Assembly (NCBI GenBank): GCA_035528795.1
Contig: DATKXY010000266.1
Location: 1,683-65,682 of the forward strand
From: an archaeon
Lineage (GTDB): Bacteria > Gemmatimonadota > Glassbacteria > GWA2-58-10
Length of the DNA: 64,000 nt
Direction of reading: 5' to 3'
Numbering within the stretch: the stretch's first letter is position 1; each line of letters starts with the position of its first letter. Below are positions 29,201 to 37,780 of this stretch, one piece after another. The position numbers and the translations under genes are program-made. A model generated the notes under the pieces. That model saw only the letters and a list, made by a program, of their open reading frames with translations. It did no database searches and was not told the origin of the DNA.

Positions 29201-30931
29201 TTCAGCCGCTCCCTGATCGCCCTGTCCCTGTATCAGGGATTGCCTCCCTCGCTCAGAAAGAGGCTTCACGGGCTGGCCGCTGAGATTTTCCAGAAATCGC
29301 GGGAATACAGCCCCCAGGAAAAGACCCTTGCCTGCGCGCTCCATTATGAGCTCGCTGAAAGGCCGCAGGAGGCTTGCGGCTATTATCTGGACTCAGCTCA
29401 CTGGGCAGGGGAGCTTTTTGAAAACGAAAGAGCCCTCAAGCTACTGAACAAGGTCGAACGGTTCTGCGGTCTCCATCATTTTGCAAATGGAGAGCGCATG
29501 CTATTGGATGCTTATGGCCTGCGGGGTAACGTAGCTCTTGCGCTCGGTCATTACGGGAGATCGCTCGAAGACTGCAAAAAAGCGGAGCGCCTGGCCTTGA
29601 GACTCAATGATCCCTGCCTGGCAGGAAAAGCTCTGCTCGTTTCCGGTAAGACTTACCTGACCAGAGCGCAGGCAGACGATTTCCGGCTTGCCCTTTCCAG
29701 ATTCCGCAAGGCGGAAGGAAGGCTGGCCCGAGAGAGATTATTGGTCTTTGAAGCCCGGAACGGCCAGGCGCGGGTGCTGCTTGAAACAGGCCGGCTTTCC
29801 CGGGCCAGGGAAAATGCGGAAATCGCCCTCCGAGCTCTGGAGAGTGTATTAGATAGTAGAAAGCTGTCAGAGGAAGAAATACTTATCAAGGCCGGTCTGC
29901 TGCGTACCATGGGAACATCCCTGCTCCGGATGGGAAAGCACAGCGAGGCTCTCGCTGTCTATGACCAGGCGCTCGATCTGGTGGAACGAAGAAGCGGAAG
30001 CTCCTTGCTCCAGATCAAGGCCATGCTTATCAACAGCAAAGCTCTGGGCCTGGCATCCTCTTTTCGGCTGGCCGAGGCGCTTGACCTTTATTATCAGGCA
30101 AAATCCACAGCCCGCCGGGTGGGAGATATCAACCTCCAGATCGTGATCATGAATAACATGTCGGTAGCGCTCAATGATTCCGGCCAGAACGCCAAGGCCC
30201 TCGACCTCCTGTTAAGCCGTTACAAAAGCCTGGTGGAACTGGCCGGAGAAAACCGCTCGGTTGCAGGCTTCGAGTTCAATGTCGGGGAGTCCTACCATTT
30301 CATGGAAAATTATAGCGGCGCGGAGAGGCATTACAGGAGGGCGTTGGAGATTGCCAGAAAGATCGGCAGCCGGCAGTTTGAGGTGAATGTCATGTACAAC
30401 CTGGGCGAATCGATCAATGATCAGGGACGCAGAGAGGAAGCCTGTTTAATCCTCGGTAAAGGGCTGCGCATTGCCCGCAGCCAAGGATACCGCCAGCAGG
30501 AGATAGATCTGGAAAACCTTCTGGGCGAGATCGAGCGGGATAGGGGAAAACTTCGCCGGGCCCTGCGCCGTCACAAGCATACAGTTTCAGTCGCGCAGGA
30601 GCTGGGCGACCTGTTCGGCCGGAGCTGGAGTTTAAGGAATCTGGCTGTAGATTTGCTCACCCTCGGTAATCCGGCTGATCTCAAGCAGGCCCGGGAGATG
30701 ATTTTCACCTCCCTCGAGCTTTCCCGCAAAGCCGTACAGCCTGAAAACACCATGGAGACTTTGAGGCGGATACTGGAGTTTGCAGGCCCGCTGGGCCTCG
30801 AACCCGGAGAGAGGAGATCACTCTTAAGACAGTTGCAGGAGCTGGCCGGGAAACAGGAGAGCAAGAAATACCTTGAATTTTGCAGCCGCCTCGCTGGGGC
30901 GCTGACAACAGCAGGGGATAAACAGCAATGA
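26243..30931 (+). CDS. Twin class III nucleotide cyclase domains + STAND/AAA ATPase + TPR (sAC-like), paralog 1
   Basis: GGDAVVAYF, LDVSGFTAL, ELTVIGPDCNLAARL, Walker A GESGLGKT, Walker B LSVDDLQW, NNPLFIIE, C-terminal TPRs. Confidence 0.88.
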   Translation: MSLLTVRQKTLLTRILAVYHPEWASRAGSLESLAERELTEAADYLERVVGTLGLFIPGVRHDFGITERGGDAVVAYFTGKERGRLRRFFMMLDVSGFTALLTFLTDRFGKQEAGDIMNLSILNRYCLDKIGLLVHYFGSQDGEFSTPGEKALKVALSFRAQLARVTDQVRRELSLKLAGKPHQETIIPFIRSLQIKASGSVVAAAGGRSDFYGKNNRVRITWGQTARRVAAAEKVGGSDQRVDPKLAECKGVGLDSQALEALKGLLEKGWLRKGDFRLRDTGRYRKLVLTPRGQDRLLEQVDGLLENYRVEAEESSTWTGVPAPDKGRDLLRIRKAASSLEELLPFLYGVDFIELVVSHLDSEGDRRLLFADRSSRIHETGILFTNFTVSGSELLDELAELVHEVTSRYGLICKYNIFPRGDFNLMAVLGLGASGAQAANRFYAEILWQCWRDLVSGVERAFRDRVCLRSGMSVGKCLQGPVGDNLIHNELTVIGPDCNLAARLLARALTKTDGKSGTMVLTKACYGTLGHLVQPVESFERAHLKGFSDLVPLYSASPRKENESLEVFIARLRQLPLVTTDGVLVDQQSRLRDDRCLAACLDYLEAVERGKRAAKGVLAFTGESGLGKTRRMAELMQWGLNRGWTVLYGECLSWYQGTGKRVALETAGAETRAVPYHPFIRILNEQVFDILPHDTASAALEKIRQAFIRLSIDKELLDQVPIVGSYLGIAVPEGKIPVSLSPLQRRNIFFERVAEIFERIIASRGKGLLLSVDDLQWADQGSLKLLQFLRQRIGEGLVICAGALHPGNLQTLDSTREEERKNSFRPFELQPLKRRGAAVLARAALGLKPEAGLPGLLDKRIGELENNPLFIIEFCRKLLDTEVVFVRDGKVQRIEEEALSGLSVPNRVHSVIEELINSLPKQDFDLIRHASILGNTLRCRHVAELYSRLTGDSKTELSGIYQTLHRLAGGRVLEIEQDRGPDSVYKFSRSLIALSLYQGLPPSLRKRLHGLAAEIFQKSREYSPQEKTLACALHYELAERPQEACGYYLDSAHWAGELFENERALKLLNKVERFCGLHHFANGERMLLDAYGLRGNVALALGHYGRSLEDCKKAERLALRLNDPCLAGKALLVSGKTYLTRAQADDFRLALSRFRKAEGRLARERLLVFEARNGQARVLLETGRLSRARENAEIALRALESVLDSRKLSEEEILIKAGLLRTMGTSLLRMGKHSEALAVYDQALDLVERRSGSSLLQIKAMLINSKALGLASSFRLAEALDLYYQAKSTARRVGDINLQIVIMNNMSVALNDSGQNAKALDLLLSRYKSLVELAGENRSVAGFEFNVGESYHFMENYSGAERHYRRALEIARKIGSRQFEVNVMYNLGESINDQGRREEACLILGKGLRIARSQGYRQQEIDLENLLGEIERDRGKLRRALRRHKHTVSVAQELGDLFGRSWSLRNLAVDLLTLGNPADLKQAREMIFTSLELSRKAVQPENTMETLRRILEFAGPLGLEPGERRSLLRQLQELAGKQESKKYLEFCSRLAGALTTAGDKQQ

Positions 30932-33900
30932 TCAGAAGAAGAACAGTCATCAAGGCCGTGCGTGAAGATCAGCCAGCCAGGGAGCTTCTCGCTCAGATTC
31001 TGGCCAATGTCAAAGCGTCCTGGGCCGACTGCTGCCGCAGAAGTGATTGGGACAGTCTGGATCAGGTGGAATTCGGCCGGATGCTCAAATACCTGGAAAA
31101 TGTATCCAGGAACACCCGCCTTTTTATCCCCGCACGCGACCCGGATTATGGGATCTCCGAGCGGGGAGGGGATGCCATTCTGGGTTATCTGCGCAATCCG
31201 GGAGATCAGGGAGCCTATTTTTTCTTTGCCGATGTGAGCGGGTTTACCGCGCTTCTCACCTTCCTCACTGACCGTTTCGGCAAGGAAGAAGCAGGCGACA
31301 TCATGAACCTGGGTATTCTCAACCGCTACTGTTTGAACAAGATGGGGCTGGTTCTCGAGCATTTCAAAGAGGAGCCCGGCCGCGGCGCGGATAGAGGTGT
31401 GGCGGCTCTCAAGGTCATGCTCTCGATCCGGGCCGCCATGCCGCTCATTACCAGAGAGGTGCGCGGCGAGTTGTTCCTTAAGCTTGCCGGCAAGCCGCAC
31501 CAGGAGGAAATAAAAGAGTTTATCAAGAATCTCGAGGTCAAGTCGAGCGGGGGGCTGATTTTCGACCGTCAGGCCAAAAGCGAGTTCTACGGTTCCAGGG
31601 TGCGGGCGAGAATTACCTGGGGCGATACCGGCAAGCTGGTGGCTCAGGCCGAAAAGCTTGGCGGCAGCGATGAAAAGGTGCATGTGGGTGTCAAGGAAGT
31701 AAAGGGAATCGGCATGGATGAGCACTGCTACCGGAGGCTGGATGACCTTTACGCAGAGGGGTGGCTCGGGCTGAATCCAGGCGACTTTGCAATCTTAGAA
31801 TCCTATGGCAAGTTCCGCAAACTGGTTATCCGGCCCTCGGGCATGGAAAAGATAAGTGGTTTTATCGAGGACTTGTGCGCCGGCTATGAGGGTCGCGCAA
31901 AAAGAAGTGACACACGGGGTTATGCAGAACTCGGGGGCCAGGCGGAAAGGGAACTCCTGGACGAGTTCGGGGCCGGGTTTCTCGATATCGAGCGCTACCT
32001 GGGCTCAAGGCTGCTTCTCCTTCATATCGTACAGAATCTTGGATCGAGCGGGGACAAGAATATCCTGATTGACGAAAGCTGCTCCGCAGTCAGGGACAGC
32101 GGAGTTCTGTTCTGCAATTTCGAGCTCGAAGACAAAGGCGTTCTGGATTCTTTAGTCGATGAAGTCCATCTGATTATGTCCCGCTATGGCATTCATTACA
32201 AGTACAATATCTTTACCAGGGGTGATTTCAACCTGATGGGCGTACTGGGCACGATGTTTTCCGAGAGGAAGGGCACGGACCGGTATTTTGTCGAGATACT
32301 CTGGAACACCTGGCGGGACATGAAAGCGGCTATGGAAAAAACCTTTGGCGCCGCGGTGAAAATTCGCGGCGGCCTGAGTGTGGGCAAAGCCCTTCAGGGG
32401 CCTGCAGGCGACAATATCATTCACAACGAGGAGACGATCATCGGGCCGGACTGCAACCTCGCCGCCCGCCTGGTCAATGAGGCTTTGGAAATCGACAGCC
32501 AGGGTAATTTCATCTATCCCTCGGGCAGCCTGTTCACTATCGCGAGCCAGCACAGGAAGGTCGAGCATCTAATCCAGCCCGCCCAGCCGGTGAGAGAAGC
32601 CAGTCTTAAGGGTTTTCGCAAGCCGGTCGCCCTGTACAGCCTTATCGAGCGCGGCGAGGTGGAAACAATCGTCGAGTTTATCGCCCGCCTGCGTAAAGTG
32701 CCGCTGGTTACGATCGAGGGTGTAATCGTGCGGGATGAGGAGTCTATGCGCCAGGACGCGTTTCTCGCTGAATGTATGGACGTGGCCGGGCGCACAGCAG
32801 CCGGCCTCACGGAGCGCTCCCAGTTAGTCAGCTTTATCGCCCAGAGCGGTGTGGGCAAGACAAGAAGGATAGCGGAGCTCGCCCACTGGGCGCTCGGGAA
32901 AGGCTGGCCGGTATATTTCAGTGAATGCTTTAGCTGGTACCAGGGTGAGGGGCCGGGCTCCTCTGCCTCAGATCCGGATGTCATCGACCAGCCGGAAAGC
33001 CACAGCGATGAAGGAGCATACCCCTTTTATCCTTTCATCCGAATTCTGAAAGAGCAGATATTCAGGATCAATAATGTCGACCCCCCGGAGCTGAAGAGGG
33101 GGAAAATCGCCGGAGTGCTCAGCATGCTCGATCCTGATAATCCCGGACTGGCAGAGCAGGCTCCGGTCCTGGCCTCCTTTATCGGTGTGGAGGTACCCGA
33201 AACCGGATTTTCCTCTGCCCTGGACGCCGAGGCGCGAAGGAACATCTTTTATGAGCGCACTGGAGATATCTTCGCCCGCGAGGTTGAAAGACAGGGAGGA
33301 AAAGGTCTGGTGCTGCTTTCCATTGATGACCTTCAGTGGTCCGACCGCAACAGCCTGCACCTTTTAAGCTTCATTATGCGCAGGGTCGGCAGGGGCCTGG
33401 TGGTTTGTGTCAACGCCCGGAAGAAACACCAGCTCGGCATCCTGCTTGATCAAGACCTGCCTGTAGACCGGCATGTTTTCGAGCCAGGCCTCCTCCAGCA
33501 CGGGGCTATCGAAAGACTCGCCCGGCTCGTGCTGGGAGTCGATATCGAAGATCCGGAGGTCGGCTTTCCCCCCGAGCTCAAGGCCAAGCTCGAAAGAGAA
33601 CTCGAGAGCAACCCGTTCTTTGTCATCGAGTTTTGCAACAAGCTCCTGGAGCAGGAGATTATAACCGTGGCAGATGGCCGGTGCACACGGTTTGATGACG
33701 AAACTTTCCGCGACGTGTCGATTCCCAACAAGATCCAGGGTGTTATCGAGGACCGTATCCGCCGTCTCCCGAAAACCGAACACGTGGCTATCCAGTATTC
33801 GAGCGTCCTGGGCAATATCCTGCGCTATATTATTATCCGTCAGTTCCTGCCTGTCGTGGACCACGACAGGATTTTCGAGGGCACCGACCTGGCTGAGATA

Positions 33901-35691
33901 TTCAGCCGGCTCACCGGGCAGGAGATCACCAGGCTCGAGAACGAGAAAGATCCGGACTGGGTGTACGCATTCAAGCGGGCGCTGATTGGTGAAAAACTCT
34001 ACCAGGAGCTGGTTCCCAGTCTGCGCAAAAGACTGCATAAAGAAGTGGCCCGTGTATTCGAAAAAACCGAGCTCGCTAACAGGTTCGAAAAAGTCCTGCT
34101 CACTGCTCTCCATTACACCAATGCAGAAGTGCCTGATAAATCCAGCATTTTTTACCTCGAGGCTGGAAAGCTGGCCAGAGAAGTCTTTGACAATGAGCGG
34201 AGCCTGAAACTTTTCGACCGCATCGAAAAAATCCTCAAGGAGCACAGAATCCCCGATGCCGGTAAACGCAAGACTGACATGCTGGAGAACAGGGGACAGG
34301 TGAACCTGCTGCTGGGCCGGTACGATAAAGCCCTCGAGGATTTCCAGAACCTTGCAGCAGAAGCCTCAGCCCGGGCTGACCGGGAACTGGAAGCCAGGGC
34401 CCATTACCTGAGAGGCAGCACTTATTTTCAACGCGCAGGCGGGAGCGACCTGGACCGGGCGATAGCACAGTTCGCCGGGGCGGAGAGTAAAACAGCGGAT
34501 GACCGTTTGCTCGCCGATATCCTGAATGACAGTGCCCGGACCTATCTGGAAAAAGGGGAACGTGAAGCGGCGCTCAGGCTTTTGGACCGCGCCGAGGAGG
34601 CTTTCCGGCGCTGCGCCCAGACCGAGCCTGCTGTTGATGACTGCATTTTCGAGGCCTTGCTCTTGCGCAACCGCGGCAGCGTTTTTCACCGCCAGGGGCT
34701 GTTCAAGAAAGCAATCGAAATATACAACAAAGCGCTGCGGCTCGTTGATCAGGAAGCCGAAAACCGCTTCAAAAAGATCCGCGCCATGCTCTATAACTCG
34801 ATCGGCCTGTCGCTGATGAAAGCTTTCAAGCTTGAGGAAAGTTTGGAGTATTTCAGTCAGGCTCTCAACCTGGCGCACTCGATCGGAGATCTGAAAACCG
34901 AGCTTCAGGTGCGGATCAACATGGGTGTGGTGGCCAATGATATGGGCCGGAACAAAGAGGCCCTCCAGATGCTTACCGAGCAGTTGTACATGTTGGAGAT
35001 GCTGGTGGGCGAAACAAGGGAGCTGGCTGCGCTCGAGTTCAATATCGGCGAAAGCCATATGTTTATGGAGAATTATGCCGAGGCTGAACCGAGGTACCGC
35101 CGGGCGCTCGATATCGGGGAGCGTGTCGGTTACAAGGAGTTCGTGGTGGCGACCCGTTATAACCTGGGCGAGGTGCTGCACACTTTAAAGCGCCCGGAGG
35201 AGGCCCTTGAGGTGCTCGAGCCGGGGTACGGGATGGCTGTTGAAGGGGGCTGGGATCTCCAGAGAATGGATCTGGCAAATCTGTTGGGTGAAATCCACCG
35301 GGAAGCCGGCCGGTTCTCAAAAGCCGGCGAATACCATGAACAAGCCTTGGACCTGGGCCGCAAGCTCGAGGATGAATTCGGTACGAGCTGGGCTCTGCGC
35401 AATGTGGCCCTGGACACACTGGAGGATCCGCAGGCCACGGAGGAAGACCTGGGCGCTTGCGCAAGCCTGCTCGAGGAGTCGCTCGAGCTGGCGCGCAAGG
35501 CCGGGCAGCCGGAAAACCTGATGTACTCTCTGCGGGAACTGATCCGCTACAAGCTCGACCGCAGGAATGATCCACCGGGGGCGAGACCCCTTTACGAGGA
35601 GCTGAAAAAACTGGCCGATAAGGTCGAGAGCAAGCAGTTCGGCAGTTTTTGCGAGAGTGTCAGAGACCGTCTCAGGGAACCGGCGGAATAA
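30928..35691 (+). CDS. Twin class III nucleotide cyclase domains + STAND/AAA ATPase + TPR (sAC-like), paralog 2
   Basis: GGDAILGYL, FADVSGFTAL, EETIIGPDCNLAARL, AQSGVGKT, LSIDDLQW, SNPFFVIE, TPRs; ATGA overlap with paralog 1. Confidence 0.88.
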   Translation: MIRRRTVIKAVREDQPARELLAQILANVKASWADCCRRSDWDSLDQVEFGRMLKYLENVSRNTRLFIPARDPDYGISERGGDAILGYLRNPGDQGAYFFFADVSGFTALLTFLTDRFGKEEAGDIMNLGILNRYCLNKMGLVLEHFKEEPGRGADRGVAALKVMLSIRAAMPLITREVRGELFLKLAGKPHQEEIKEFIKNLEVKSSGGLIFDRQAKSEFYGSRVRARITWGDTGKLVAQAEKLGGSDEKVHVGVKEVKGIGMDEHCYRRLDDLYAEGWLGLNPGDFAILESYGKFRKLVIRPSGMEKISGFIEDLCAGYEGRAKRSDTRGYAELGGQAERELLDEFGAGFLDIERYLGSRLLLLHIVQNLGSSGDKNILIDESCSAVRDSGVLFCNFELEDKGVLDSLVDEVHLIMSRYGIHYKYNIFTRGDFNLMGVLGTMFSERKGTDRYFVEILWNTWRDMKAAMEKTFGAAVKIRGGLSVGKALQGPAGDNIIHNEETIIGPDCNLAARLVNEALEIDSQGNFIYPSGSLFTIASQHRKVEHLIQPAQPVREASLKGFRKPVALYSLIERGEVETIVEFIARLRKVPLVTIEGVIVRDEESMRQDAFLAECMDVAGRTAAGLTERSQLVSFIAQSGVGKTRRIAELAHWALGKGWPVYFSECFSWYQGEGPGSSASDPDVIDQPESHSDEGAYPFYPFIRILKEQIFRINNVDPPELKRGKIAGVLSMLDPDNPGLAEQAPVLASFIGVEVPETGFSSALDAEARRNIFYERTGDIFAREVERQGGKGLVLLSIDDLQWSDRNSLHLLSFIMRRVGRGLVVCVNARKKHQLGILLDQDLPVDRHVFEPGLLQHGAIERLARLVLGVDIEDPEVGFPPELKAKLERELESNPFFVIEFCNKLLEQEIITVADGRCTRFDDETFRDVSIPNKIQGVIEDRIRRLPKTEHVAIQYSSVLGNILRYIIIRQFLPVVDHDRIFEGTDLAEIFSRLTGQEITRLENEKDPDWVYAFKRALIGEKLYQELVPSLRKRLHKEVARVFEKTELANRFEKVLLTALHYTNAEVPDKSSIFYLEAGKLAREVFDNERSLKLFDRIEKILKEHRIPDAGKRKTDMLENRGQVNLLLGRYDKALEDFQNLAAEASARADRELEARAHYLRGSTYFQRAGGSDLDRAIAQFAGAESKTADDRLLADILNDSARTYLEKGEREAALRLLDRAEEAFRRCAQTEPAVDDCIFEALLLRNRGSVFHRQGLFKKAIEIYNKALRLVDQEAENRFKKIRAMLYNSIGLSLMKAFKLEESLEYFSQALNLAHSIGDLKTELQVRINMGVVANDMGRNKEALQMLTEQLYMLEMLVGETRELAALEFNIGESHMFMENYAEAEPRYRRALDIGERVGYKEFVVATRYNLGEVLHTLKRPEEALEVLEPGYGMAVEGGWDLQRMDLANLLGEIHREAGRFSKAGEYHEQALDLGRKLEDEFGTSWALRNVALDTLEDPQATEEDLGACASLLEESLELARKAGQPENLMYSLRELIRYKLDRRNDPPGARPLYEELKKLADKVESKQFGSFCESVRDRLREPAE

Positions 35692-35774
35692 ATTATCCAA
35701 CGCCCTAAAGAGCGAAGGCTGCGGTCAGCGGTTTTCAATTTTTTAAGGCCTGATCCCTTTAATCGAAAAGATTT

Positions 35775-35910
35775 CCCCGCAGCTTGCTGCTGGGTAAACG
35801 GCCCCTTAAGCCAACCGTAGGGGCGACCGGCGGTCGCCCGGGGGCGGTGGGTGAAAATAATCATTACCAACCTTATGATACCTCGCGCACTTGCCGCGGG
35901 GTAGTTCATT
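35775..35910. repeat. Cluster of three REP-like / HUH-transposase-type palindromes
   Basis: ccccgcagcttgctgctgggta (35775), gtaggggcgaccggcggtcgccc (35817-35839), atacctcgcgcacttgccgcggggtagttcatt (35878-35910). Confidence 0.6.
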
Positions 35911-36135
35911 TTGCCGGCTGGTAATATGCGTTTTCCAATTCAAAGGAAAAAAATATCCCGAAAGACACTCTACTGATAGCAACTCATTTTACCGGATATT
36001 GAACTTATTTAAAACTAATTTATTGAAATAATTGCCAGAATTTGTTAACTTAAATCTTTTATTTGATCGGTAAAATTTTAAAATATTAACCGGCCTTTTT
36101 CATAAAAACAACTGCATAATCTTATTGGAGAAAGA

Positions 36136-37476
36136 ATGGGACGCATTGTAATGAAGTTCGGAGGTACTTCTGTCGCTACCGCCTCCCGTATCCTTGCTGT
36201 AGCCGAGATCATTCGCTCCGTGCTGGAAAGACGGCCGCTGGTTGTGGTTTCCGCCGTGGGAGTTTCCGAGAAGGGAGAGGCCAAAATCACCGATCAGCTT
36301 GAAAGCATGGCGGAAATCGCGTACGAGGGCAAACCATTCGACCAGAATCTAAATACGATATTGGTCAAGCACGAAAAGATACTCCAGGAGCTAGAGCTCC
36401 CCTGGGATATTATCGCTCCGACCTGGGACAAACTGAAAGAAACGCTTGCCCAAACCGATAGAGCGTACTGGGAATTTCTGGATCAGGTTTTTTCTTTCGG
36501 TGAAAGGATCTCCAGCCGCATCATGACAGCGGTCCTGGAAAAACAGGGTATTCCCGCCCGGTGCGTGGATGTGGACGAGTTGGGGATAATAACCAATGAA
36601 AACTTCCAGGATGCCACAGTGCCGGTGAAGCTTGAGAACCGGGTGCTTTCCGGGTTGCGCAATGAGGAGAGGATTCTGGTGGTGCCGGGTTTTGTGGGCC
36701 GGACGCCTGATGGCAGGATTACCACTCTCGGGCGCGGAGGCAGCGACTATACGGCGGCCCTGGTAGGGGCGGCTTTCAATGTGGATGAGATCCAGATCTG
36801 GACCGATGTCAGTGGCATGCGCAGCGCCGACCCGAGGCTGATTCCCGACGCTGAGCGACTTGATTGCATCTCTTTCGATGAGGCCAAGGAGCTCGCATCA
36901 TTCGGAGCCCGGGTCCTGCATCCCAAAACAATCGAGCCCGCCATGCGCAAGAACATTCCAGTGGTAATCCTCAATACTTTTGCGCCCCAGGCTGAGGGTA
37001 CGACTATCCGGAACGAAAGAATCAAACAGGGCAAGGTGATTAAGGCAATCGCAAGCAAAACTAATATTTGCCGCCTGGATATCGAGTCCACCAAAATGCT
37101 CGGCGCTGCAGGCTATCTGGCCAAGCTGTTCAATGTTTTCGCCAGATACGAAACCGAAATCGATGTCGTAGCCACCAGCGAGGTCAGTGTCTCGCTCACC
37201 GTGAATAATACGCGGAACCTGGATAAGGTTATCAACGAGGTCAAAAAGTTCAGCAATGTCATTGCCGAGAGCGGCAAAACCATTATTTGCGTGGTGGGCG
37301 AGGGAATGCGGCATACGCCCGGAGTGTCGGGAAGAGTGTTCAGCACACTCGGTACGGCCGGCGTGAATGTGGAGTTGATTTCCCAGGGCAGTTCCGAGAT
37401 CAATATCACTTTTATGGTGGATGACAAGGATGCCGAGCGCGCAATCAAAGCCCTGTACTATGCCTGTATAAGCTAG
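36136..37476 (+). CDS. lysC: Aspartate kinase with two ACT domains
   Basis: VMKFGGTSV, TTLGRGGSDYTA, IWTDVSG..ADPR, FGARVLHPKT, SEVSVSLTV, QGSSEINI. Confidence 0.93.
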   Translation: MGRIVMKFGGTSVATASRILAVAEIIRSVLERRPLVVVSAVGVSEKGEAKITDQLESMAEIAYEGKPFDQNLNTILVKHEKILQELELPWDIIAPTWDKLKETLAQTDRAYWEFLDQVFSFGERISSRIMTAVLEKQGIPARCVDVDELGIITNENFQDATVPVKLENRVLSGLRNEERILVVPGFVGRTPDGRITTLGRGGSDYTAALVGAAFNVDEIQIWTDVSGMRSADPRLIPDAERLDCISFDEAKELASFGARVLHPKTIEPAMRKNIPVVILNTFAPQAEGTTIRNERIKQGKVIKAIASKTNICRLDIESTKMLGAAGYLAKLFNVFARYETEIDVVATSEVSVSLTVNNTRNLDKVINEVKKFSNVIAESGKTIICVVGEGMRHTPGVSGRVFSTLGTAGVNVELISQGSSEINITFMVDDKDAERAIKALYYACIS

Positions 37477-37559
37477 AAATACATGAGAATCGGCAAACAA
37501 GGACAGAATAAAGGCCTTTTAATACAAATCTTTAGAATGGCATCGGATAGTTAATTCAT

Positions 37560-37610
37560 AAGGGCTTGCTCAAGGCGCAGAGTAGCGCTCGTGCAAGCCT
37601 TTCTTTTTCT
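37560..37610 (+). terminator. Probable intrinsic terminator after lysC
   Basis: Stem ggcttgc..gcaagcc followed by ttttctttttct. Confidence 0.5.
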
Positions 37611-37780
37611 TGATCGAGGCTGATAAGTCAGGTGTATTTATCCGGGACAGAAAAACCTGCAATGTCTGCGGTTATCGTTCCGATGCCTGATCCCGGCATC
37701 TATGGTCACGATGTACCGGGCACCTGCAGATTACGGTAAAATTTGCTTACCTCGTTTACCCTGAAAGCACGGAGAGTCCA

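Noticed and set aside
30571-31725. 384-aa antisense ORF and the many other shadow ORFs in the track
   Set aside because: They lie opposite well-supported genes and carry no recognisable motifs.
35592-35909. ORF starting MNYPAASARG
   Set aside because: It is a translation of a palindromic repeat and lies antisense to the cyclase 3' end; likely spurious.
35700-36135. Lysine riboswitch upstream of lysC
   Set aside because: No recognisable L-box conserved elements; the hairpins present are REP-like.
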